DNA of 48,276 nt, taken from positions 248,001 to 296,276 of the forward strand of contig JALDZS010000005.1 in NCBI GenBank assembly GCA_022813965.1. Reading direction: 5' to 3'. The translations under genes were made by a program, and so were the position numbers. The notes under the pieces are model-generated. The model saw nothing but the letters and a program-made list of their open reading frames with translations. It searched no databases and was not told the origin of the DNA. Source of the stretch: Toensbergia leucococca (taxonomy: Eukaryota). This document shows positions 11,771 to 22,175 of this stretch, one piece after another (position 1 is the stretch's first letter; every line of letters begins with the position of its first letter).

Positions 11771-12954
11771 ATGCTTTTGTGTCAAATGGAACAACTTGCG
11801 GCCCACCAAAAGCCACCAGAAGCCATCAAAGTAATTTATAAACAGTACCAAAAGCTAGCACCCCATGCATTGCATACAGATGCCAGTCTCCTTGACTTTG
11901 CTCGAGGTCTGAATGATGAACAGCAAAGTAAAATGCAGATTGTCAGAAGCCTGCCGCATGACGAAGTCAATGCCCATTGCGCCCGTTTTGGGAAACGAGC
12001 AGGACGGCCATCACTGGATCAAGACGACGACGTGCCGCTTTATGAGCATAGGGATATGCCAGGTAAGTTTGCCGGGTACTTGCGTTATGCATCAAAGGCA
12101 TTGACAATTCAGGACTACAGTTCGTACCATCCTTGCTTCCGCAGGAGACGCAGCAAGATCTTGTATCATGTCTGCTGCATGACAACCTTACAGATCAAAG
12201 ACACAAGACTAATGTGCATATGCATCACTATCTACCATATCACGCTTTAACTGCAAATACTGGCAATATGTTCGTTGCCGCAAACAATTTGAGCATTGCA
12301 GACATTCCAGCTTTCCATGACCGTTCTTCCTTTTTTGATCTCTCCCCCATGTCCACAGAACTATTTCTGCCTATCGATCCCACAATTCACAAGCCTATCA
12401 CCGTCTCTCAATTCCTTCGCAAGAAGCTACGCTGGCTGACTCTTGGTGGTCAGTATGACTGGACTAAAAAGAAATACCCTTCTGATCTTCCTCCTACATT
12501 TCCAAACGATATAGCAAGTCTTGTTCATGATTTCTTTCCTGATACAAGGCCCGAAGCTGCTATAGTCAATCTCTATACACCAGGTGACACACTGAGTGTG
12601 CATCGTGATGTCAGCGAGGAGTCAGACCGAGGACTGGTGAGTATCAGCCTCGGCTGCGATGCGATATTCATTGTCGGCATCGACAATCAAGGAGATAGCC
12701 CTTCTAAGCATCTTGTTGTGCGTCTCCGGTCAGGTGATGCAGTGTACATGACCGGGTCGGCACGCTTTGCATGGCATGGTATCCCACAGATAATTGCAGA
12801 TACCTGCCCGCAATGGTTGAGCGACTGGCCTGCGGGTTGTTGCATCGAGCACTTGGAACATGATACTACCAATGCCATTGACAAGTATGAAGCTTGGCGT
12901 GGTTGGATGTCGACGAAGAGGGTAAACCTGAATATACGCCAAATGAAAAACTAG
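11771..12954 (+). CDS. AlkB-family Fe(II)/2-oxoglutarate dioxygenase (ALKBH1/Abh1-like)
   Basis: One intron 12063-12112 (GTAAGT...CAG). KLRWLTLGGQYDW, EAAIVNLY, LSVHRDVSE (HxD), WHGIP, RVNLNIRQ. Start may be 11771 or 11786. Confidence 0.94.
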
Positions 12955-13478
12955 CCTTACATTGACGATTTTATTGACGTCATGCCTAGCAGCTGTGTGG
13001 TGTTTGTGAGGGGTTTGAATAGGTAGGTAGGTAGCTTGCTCACTCAAACCTCGATTTGGGAAAAGAGTGTTATTCAATTCAATTGTCTTCCCAGAAACAG
13101 GCATGTTCACTGGGCACAGCCCTTGTTCTGATGATCAACCTCTCCCAGCCGGTAACAGCATATACTACCGCGGTATTGACGAAAAACGCTCGTTGCCAGA
13201 GCGCAAGCCAGATATGCGATGGGCTTGCTAAATTTCGAATCAACCTGCCAGCTCATACTAAGCTAGGGTCACATTTCTGTCCTCTTCTTTTGCCAGGATG
13301 ATGTTGTGATGTTCATTAGACATGTCTAAACAGGCAGGCAGGCAAGCTCTTCTGATAAGGTTGACCCCACCATGGGATTTTAAATACGCATAATGCGCTC
13401 ATCGAACGACTACCTTACCCACGGGCTTTGGCTTTCTAGTTCTTTTGTCAAGAAATCTATCCCCCAAAGGCTTACGCG

Positions 13479-15454
13479 ATGGCGACAAATTCAGAAGCAT
13501 GGCAGGATATAGCAAAGACGAAGCGTGAGGCTACCAACGGCCTGATCCCAGAAGATTGGAGGATAAAATCCCCAGTACCGCCAGTGGAACAACAGCGAGA
13601 TGTGACTGGGGAATATATCTGTCAGTATCTCTCCAAGCGCGAAGTCGAGATCACCGAGACCGATGCTGTCGAAATTGTCAAGCATACCACTACTGGCCAA
13701 TGGACCGCTGAGGAGGTGATCAAGGCTTTCTGTCATAGAGCTTCTCTTGCACATCAGCTTGTACTGCAACTCCCTCGTCGACAAAGACTGGAGCAATCGG
13801 ATAGAAGCTGATCCATTTAGGTAAACTGTTTGCTTGAAATCTTTTTCGATGCGGCAATTGAGGACGCTAGGAGGCTCGACAAGTATTACGCACAGCACAA
13901 TGCTCCCGTTGGACCGTTGCACGGCCTGCCTGTCAGTTTAAAGGACCAATTCCATGTGAAGGGTGTGGAGACATCAATGGGGTATGTAGGTTGGATCGGT
14001 ACCTTTCAGGGTGAGAAGGGAACGGGACGTGAAAAGGTCTATGAGAGCGAAATGGTCAAAGAGCTCCGTGGAATGGGGGCTGTGCTGTATTGCAAGACCA
14101 GTGTTCCTCACACGCTAATGGCTGGCGAGACTGTAAACAACATCACAGGCTACACTTGGAATCCTAAGAATCGACACCTCAGCTGTGGTGGAAGCTCTGG
14201 TGGCGAAGGAGCACTTATTAGTCTGAAAGGCTCGCCAGTGGGATTTGGTACTGACATTGGAGGAAGCATCCGTATTCCCGCTGCTTTTAATGGACTGTAT
14301 GGGCTACGTCCTTCCTCGGGGCGACTGCCCTACGAAGGTGAGAAAGAAGCACTTTCAGCAAGATTTTAGGAAGGCTTCTAACTTGATATAAGGTATGGCA
14401 AACTCAATGGATGGACAGAACTCTGTTTTGTCCGTTGTTGGCCCTTTGTCACACTCAATACCTTCTCTGCGCCTGATGGTCAAGTCAATTTTATCTCAGA
14501 AGCCCTGGTTGCACGACCCTCTCGTTCACGAGATTCCTTGGAGGGGTGAGCTGGAGAAGCAGGCCCTCGATATTATAGGTTCCACGCAGAGCGACTCTGG
14601 TAAGCTAGCTTTCGGGATACTAAGACATGATGGCCTCGTCGGCACCCACCCGCCGGTCCAGCGAGCTTTAGATATGATGGTGAAGACGCTAGAGAAGCGT
14701 GGCCATAAAGTGCAGTTCTCTCAACCCACACGTTGGATACCTTGTAAACTGACAATATGTAGATCATTGATTGGAGCCCACCCTCACATGAGCGCGGCTT
14801 GGACATCGTCGTAAGTATCAGTACTTGATCAATCCGTGTTGAATATCGCTGACACATCGAAGCTCAAGACTTGGATGTATGATGGCGGAGCAGATGTACA
14901 CAAAGCATTCGGGCTTTCCGGAGAACCAATCGCGCCTCAAGTATCGAGTACGTACGGCACTGAGCCATGGGGCGAAATGAATGCCAGTGAGATCGCAGCT
15001 ACCAATGTGGCAAAGCGTGAATACCAGAAAGATTACATGGAATACTGGAACAGCACCGAGGATGTGACGGGCACTGGCCGCCCAGTTGACGGTGTGATTG
15101 CCCCAGTTGCGCCGTTTGCAGCAGCGATTCCCAATCGATACAGGTATTACGGATACTCTACAATCATCAACGTTCTTGACTATACGTCCTGTGTTATCCC
15201 AGTGACTACGGCAGATCAGAGGATAGATTTGGTCGACGAAGAATATGAGCCTATCAGCAATCAAGACAAGGAAACAGCAGAGTCGTGTAAGTACCTTGCC
15301 AAGAGTACTTGGAAGAATAATACTTATGCATTGTCTAGACAACCCGGCTATTTTTGATGGTGCCAATGTGGCATTGCAGCTTATAGGTCGAAGACTGCAA
15401 GAGGAGAAGGTGCTCGCGTTGGCCGAATATATTGGAGACTCCTTAAAGGAATGA
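13479..15454 (+). CDS. Amidase-signature family enzyme (acetamidase-like); multi-exon
   Basis: GPLHGLPVSLKD (Lys), GGSSGGEGAL and GTDIGGSIRIP (Ser-cisSer-Lys triad motifs), C-terminal LQLIGRRLQEEKVL; about 5 introns. Confidence 0.95.
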
Positions 15455-15899
15455 GCTGGTCGTGTTTTGTAATACCAATCAATGTACCTAAATACCGCAC
15501 ATGTGCATCAACGTAATGCACGTTCTTCAATACTAAGGTTTGCTAAGGTGCGAGCGCGTATTTGATGCCTTGTGTCTTTGTGAGGGTCGAGTTAGAGTAC
15601 CTACACTCCTACATGAGTACGAGTAGAGTACGAGAGTACTTTACGTTGTCTGTTGTGCCTCGGACTGCAGGATTTGGGGGTGATAAACGCTAACCCCTTT
15701 GAGGCATTTAGACGAGGAGATGGATGTTATGCTGATCGATCTGAATTCCCTCGAATGCAAGAAAAGCCGTCCATACAAATATGAGAATGAAAGACACACT
15801 CAACGCCAAGAACACCATCTGAAGAACTACTGCCAGTCTGTCGCCCACCCAGCCAAAAACTCGGGGAAGTCACCATTTGGATTGGCAGCCCTGGAAGCA

Positions 15900-17696
15900 A
15901 TGGCCGACGCTCATCAAGTTACCCCTGGTTCTCCAGAATCAGGCACTCCAGGAAAATTGCCAGCGCCCAAGGATAAGAGATGCAAATTCTGCCAAGCACC
16001 CTTTACCTCATCATCTCTCGGACGTCATCTCGACCTGTACATCAAAGGCAAGAACCCAAAGCCACCGGATGGCCTACACAATGTCGACGAGATTCGCAGG
16101 ATGAGAGGGAACGTCACACGCCGACAAGCGCGTACGAGTACCTCCTCCACCAAACGAGAGGGATCTACTTCGAGCTCCAAGCCGACCCCTTTGCGCGATG
16201 AGCGCTCACCCTCAATCATAAGATACTATACCGATGGAGAGCGCCCGGAAAAGGGCTCAGTCATGATGCGGCTCAATGAAGCAAATTGGCAAGTTACAGG
16301 AGTTATCAACAACCTTCCGCCTCCCTCGAGCGCCGAGGTCGCGCCGAGGTATATGAAGAGGAGAGATAGCTCGAGGAGGATGTCTTTGAAAAACGACTTA
16401 GGTTCGAGACACGATGCGCTGGAAGAGAGAGATCGTGGGCGTGCGGCAGAGCTTGCTTTGAAAGAAGTTCTAGGGAGCATCAGAGCTGCAAAGTATGCTT
16501 TTTCCTCCTTTCCAGACTTTCAGAGTGGAAGATAACATTTTTCTCTTACAAGTCTACGAGCTCACCCACCATCGCCATTCGAATTCGATTTTCTCAGCTT
16601 GACCTTCCCCGTCATGTGCCTAAAATGCCTTTCATCGCCTCCATCTCTCTTTTCCAGTCAATTCATCCCGAATCCCAATTCGTGGTCTGTAGACACGCCC
16701 GGACCCCCTCAATTCGACTCCCTGCACCGTTGGCTTCAAAAGAAACTCCGAGACTGGCGCCAGCAACGCGCGTCTCTAGGTCTCCCCAAGCAGCCCAATC
16801 CGAATGGGATGAATGGCCACGCCAACCAACAACAACAACAGAATCCAGACCGCGAAGGCGACGAAAAAGATGCGCTCTACAACAAACACCTCGTCGACGC
16901 CTTCCAAGCCTGGAAAGCCCTCTCAGACGGCCAAAAGCACGACACCTGGCATCTCGAAACCCTACGCGCCCTCGCCCGCGAGCAAGAGCTTCACAAACAA
17001 ACTGCCACGCGCCTCGACCAAGCAGACCAAACCCTCCACCACTTGCGCGCCCAACTCCACCTCCGCGCCAATTGCCAACAACCACCGAAATTCTCCACCC
17101 ACCCACTAGACACCCTCCCCTTGTCGCACGAAACAGCCCGTATCGCAAACGCCACCCCGACCGAAGACAATGAGCTCTTATCCTGGGACTTTGACCGCCT
17201 CCTCTGGAAATGGAAATCGCGCCTCCAAAGCGACCGCGCCGCCACCCAACAAGCCCTCCCCTCCACTGCCCCCACCCCCCCAAACTGGCACCTCTCTCCC
17301 ACTGCCCTCAATCCCCCTCCACGCTTAAACGGCACCTCTTCCTCTTTCTCCCCACAGCAACAACGCGACCACCACTCCCAAAGCACGCACGAACCCTCAA
17401 TCGACAATAAGCGTAACGGCGATGTGGAGGTGGATGTTGAAGACGAAGATCTCGCGGACGCGCCGTGCGATGAGGATGAGTTGGGTGATGGGGCGAACGG
17501 AGTCGTGGCTGCTGTTGGGGGGGTGATGGAGAGGGGGATGCTGGATCCGGATCTTAGGGGGGAGGAAGGGGTTAAGGGTTTGGGTATGAGGGGTGGGGGT
17601 CAGGAGGAAGAAGAAGAGGAGGAGGAGGGAGGGGAGGGGTTCGTTGTGGGTGGGAGGATGTTGATGGGGTTGAGGGAGTATACTGATGGGGTTTGA
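15900..17696 (+). CDS. Uncharacterised fungal protein with N-terminal zinc-finger-like motif and coiled-coil/low-complexity C-terminus
   Basis: ATG at 15900; CKFCQAPFTSSSLGRHLDLY; intron 16493-16552 joins ORFs 15699-16535 and 16599-17696 in frame. Confidence 0.85.
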
Positions 17697-18748
17697 GGGA
17701 TTGGAACTGGTGGAATTTTGGGGCTTTTAGGCTTTTTTTTCTCTTTCATTTCTTCTTATTTTTGGGAGTTGGGAAGCAATGGGAGAGGGATTTGTTGGGT
17801 GTGGTTTTTGGATACCTACTAGGTACCCTACCCTGGCCCCCCTGGATTTTTTTGTATACCTAATTATGGAGTACACAACGTCCGTCGACTGTGATTGCCA
17901 TTTTCCGGTTTCCCATCTTGCGCCGTGTTCATGTATGTATATGTGTGTCTATGCATCTGATGGGTGTATTGGTTCTATGCTTTTGGGGTTCAATAACAGA
18001 AACATGTAAACGGCCAGGTACCCAATTCATCGGACGGCTACCTATTCCTATTCTTCTAAGTTCTGCCAAAAAATCCCCCATCAGAAAAAATCACCCCATC
18101 GAACCCCCCTCTTCTCACAGAAACACAGGAAACGATATAAAAAAAGGTTCCTTTCTATTAAGATGCCAAAAATTCAAATGGTCCCCCCATGATCCATCCC
18201 GCTTCACTAACCAGCTATTCTATTTCGGTTCGTCCCTCGCCATATCTCTCAAATTAGGACAAACAAAAATCCAAAAATACCGTCCTAACTCACCTTTCAT
18301 ATGCGCATGTCCCAAATCTCGTACAATGCTGAGCAACATCTTTTGAAAGGGGTCTCCATCAAACGCCTGTATCGAAAACCCCGTGCACAAAAAAAAAAAA
18401 ACTCCTACCCACCCAGTGCCGCGTAAATAGCCCTTTTGACCGTATGCCTGTCCTGTCCCATGCGCAGTGCTTTTTTCCAAGGGACTTCAAAAACGCCTCT
18501 GTGGCAAGGGACAGAAATGAGATGACGACGGGTATACATCCGATATTCCCCCCCCTCTCCGGTCTTCCAATGTGACAACAGCTCAGCCGGGTGGTGGGAT
18601 GGAAAAAAAAATGTGCTTCTGTCCGCAAACCAGAGACCCAAAATCCTCCTCTCTCTTCCCAACATCTCAATCCGCCCTTTCTTCAATTCGCCTCTCCTAT
18701 TTACTCCTTTATTTGAGGCCCCAAAAAAGGGGGGGAGATCAGTGGGTG

Positions 18749-18898
18749 TTATTCAACATCGATTTCCTCGTCAATGGCCCGCCGCCGCCCGAAGAGAGAA
18801 ATACGGTTCTGCACCGCGTAGATGATGTAGCCGACTAGGGCGAGGACGGCGAAGAGGACGATGATTATGATTGCGATGACGTAGTTTGAGTGGACCAT
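18749..18898 (-). CDS. 49-aa single-pass membrane microprotein (proteolipid-like)
   Basis: AAACA-ATG-G start context; MVHSNYVIAIIIIVLFAVLALVGYIIYAVQNRISLFGRRRAIDEEIDVE*; ~22-residue hydrophobic helix then a basic and an acidic tail; C-ending codon bias. Too short for the ORF track. Confidence 0.75.
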   Translation of the reverse strand: MVHSNYVIAIIIIVLFAVLALVGYIIYAVQNRISLFGRRRAIDEEIDVE

Positions 18899-20228
18899 TG
18901 TTTCGAGGGTTTGAGGGGCGGTTGGGGGGGATGAGAAGGAGGAGAAAGGGGGGCGGAGGGAGAAGGAAGGCGTTGCTGGTTTTCTGATTTGTGCCCGGTA
19001 CTGCTTGCGAGGTCGATTATGGTGATGTTGAATTGGGTGAGTAGGTGGGGGGTGTGAGGTGGCTAGTTTTGGGGAGTTGGTTCGGTAGAGATGGAGGTTT
19101 TGTTAAGGAGGTACAAAGCAGTTGTATGTTGTATAGATGGGTAATATAGTGATTTGATATAGACAGAGAGAACAATTCGATAGATAACAGGCAAATTGGT
19201 AGGTAATAATATTCTATCGTCTCGTACAACGATTGTTGAAGCTCAATCAGGATAATCGTTCAGACCAATTGCAAAAACAAAGATAGAGGGGTTGTAGATT
19301 AAACGTGATTGCTGATGGAGTTTGCAATTGCAAAAGAGAAAGAAATATTAGTATTCTATTATGTAGGTGCGGGCAAATTGGCTGCAAAGGCTGGGACTGA
19401 CCCAGGTGGTTGGTGCAACACCTGCATGTTGATTCGGAGACGGCGCTTTGTTTACTTCGTTTACCGACAGGGATCTTCTATTCTATTCTGTTCTACCGGA
19501 TTAGCGCCTGCGGCCCGCCATGCCGTTTGTGGGCTGGCGAGGCCGGGGCTTGGCATTTGTTGATGTTCTCTTGGAGGTATGAGATCATGAGGATTGAAAC
19601 CGTGCTTCAGTTCTATCATCTGTGTGATTTTGGCGTGTCGTCTTTGTGGCTTGGAGAGTCAGGATAAATGGTGCTCTCTACTAGATCAGTGGTCCCTGCT
19701 AGGAATCACCTGAATCCCAAATCTTCTTCCTTGGATAATTGAGCCTTTGTACACAATCGAGTCTCGGTGTGAGAGCTTTACTAGCAAAGCCCCAATGGTG
19801 ACAAAGTCTTTGAGGGTTCCACTCGTTGGTTGTGATGACTTTCTGGACTTGATATGTCTAATGATTAAGATTTCTCACATTTAGGATAAGCAGAAATGAG
19901 TGAGGACTATTCGTGGTATCTGGTGAAACACCCATGATCAAGGTGTTGATAATCAGATCCTCAGGGGTTTGTCAACGTGTATGGTTTTGTCGCCATCTCC
20001 TCCTTTTCATGATCAGGTGTAGGAAATGTATTCAATTAAGTATGTAATGTACCATACGGTGAGGCCAAGAGGACTCAGTTTCATAGAAGGTATGAAATGG
20101 TCATGGGAATTAAGATTCAGCACAAGATTTCAGCCTTGGCAAATTCAGCTACTTCCAAGCATACACGTTGTTTTCATAGCTCATCAAATTCACACTACGC
20201 TCTAGCAACCCCACAAGCTCTCCACGCT

Positions 20229-21165
20229 TCAAGAATACTTCACTGCACCATCAGCATCTTCCGCTGCCTGTCTATCGACTTGGGGTGAGTATGCAGGTGG
20301 TTGCTGTGCCATATGTTCTTCCGGACTTCGGTGGTACTGCAGCTCGATGTTGTGCCGCTCGACCTTGGCCCTTTTCTTCGCTGCCCTCCATCGCTTTGTA
20401 TCTTTACACGCCATGATAAATAGAGCAAAGTGGATAAATCTGCATACGACGTCAGCTATCATTCCACTGCAAATTTGCTAGACTTGACTAGTTAAAAGTC
20501 GAACGGCGAGACTCACAAGAGCATGAACAAAAAGACAGATGCTGCAATCTCCATTCCACCAATGGTGTATATAACAGGCTCACAAGCCTTGGCCCACGTG
20601 TTCCAAGGTGCGAGGAATCCACACTCCACAAATCCATTCTCATCTTCTAGCGTCGGTTGCCAATACCAAAACCATCCATCTCCAACAACAAGCACGATGG
20701 CTGGCACGCACAGAGCCCAGATGATGAGGTCAGCGCCAACATACCAGCCTGGGTGTATGACCTTTCCCTGGCGATATCTGACGATGAAGGCAAGGATTAA
20801 AGGGTTGAAGAGGAGGGACAAGATAACCTATCGATGGGCGTTCAGTCAGCCGAGGGTAATGGAATGTTGCATCCAGTCAATCTAAGATGTCTGCTTGAAA
20901 CATGCACTCTGCAAGACTCGAAAAGACAGATGGATCTAACGGTGATGCTTACAGGAGCAAGGCCCATACCATCGGTCCAGTCTCCAGGACCATCTTCATT
21001 GATGAAGCGTTGGTTAGTAAGTGAGACGCTGATGGCAAGCATGAGCATAGCCAGGAATGCGAAGGCAGCACAGATGATGCGAAGCCATGCCTTGATTGGC
21101 CATTTAGGGTCTTCCTCCGAGAGTCGCCGACGGGCCTCCGCCGATGCTGGGAATGTTACTATCAT
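20229..21165 (-). CDS. Small multi-pass (about 4 TM) membrane protein, MARVEL-like topology
   Basis: GCCACC-ATG; exons 21165-20953, 20827-20517, 20439-20229 with phase-compatible GT-AG introns; four hydrophobic segments and a C-terminal PPAY motif. Confidence 0.8.
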
Positions 21166-21667
21166 GGTGGCGTTCTGATGGATATGAGGAAAAGAGCTGG
21201 AGGAGGAAGCGGCTTCGGAAGGATGTAGCAGACTGGTTCCTAGGCCTGGTGCAATGACTCAAGTAGTAGTGAACAGACCAAGACGTACTTCACAAGCAAT
21301 GCGTTAATGACAGATGTTAACCGAATAAATAAAGCGATGGTGAACCGTTCGAGGTCGCAAGATGAAATCGCTGGAGCCGCGGCATCGATGATGGCCTTTC
21401 GCATGACCGAGACTGCGTGACTGCCTCGTCACCCAGCCACAAGCATGCTAGGGCTTTTCAGTACAAGCAGGGCTACGTAAGGTGCCAAGCAATCGAACGA
21501 TTGGTGCGCCAATCAAAAAAGCCACATGCTTTACAATTTGGCATCAGTAGGTACTCCGTGATAGGTACTCATTATCCATACATTCAGTGTCGATCAATAG
21601 GAATCCATCCTATTGACAGTAAATATCTCATATTACCCAACAAATCACTCCAATCACACTCTTCATA

Positions 21668-22083
21668 ATGTCGACACCAACCCCCTACCCTCGCTACAAG
21701 CTCATATTCACCGTCCCCCACTCTTCCCTCTCTGCATGCAAAGAAGCCATCTTTGCCGCAGGCGCCGGTACTTATCCCGGCGGGAAGTACACCAGGGTGT
21801 GCTTCGAGATTCCCGGTACGGGTTATTTTACTCCCGGAGAAGGCGCTGTGCCGAACATCGGGACTGTCGGCAAGGCAGAACGGGTGGAGGAGATGAAGGT
21901 GGAGATCTTGTGTGTGGGGCGGGAGATCATGTTGGGGGCTGTGGCGGCGTTGAAGAGGTATAGACATGTGCCACTCTGGGCGCTTCCTAGCAATACTATA
22001 TGGACGAGTAGTGATTGTGTGGTGAAAGTGCTCATCCATATGAAGAGGTTGCTTACGAGGTCTACAAGATGGAGGATGTATGA
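21668..22083 (+). CDS. YqfO/Nif3 PII-like domain small protein
   Basis: YKLIFTVP...KEAIFAAGAGTYPGGKY...GTGYF.PGEGAVPNIG...EEMKVE; intron 21958-22028 gives the family C-terminus AHPYEEVAYEVYKMEDV*. Confidence 0.92.
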
Positions 22084-22175
22084 AGGCGGCATCAAAAGAC
22101 GAAGAGGAAGGAAATGGTGGGTCGGAGCTAATTTACAGGGTCATGCTCTTCACTATTCTACGGACCCGACGTTCG

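Noticed and set aside
15594..15640. Clustered GAGTAC repeats
   Set aside because: Short irregular microsatellite-like tract; no spacer structure and not a CRISPR array.
16616..17410. Overlapping ORFs in other frames of the zinc-finger-like gene
   Set aside because: Stop-poor C/A-rich composition; no independent motifs.
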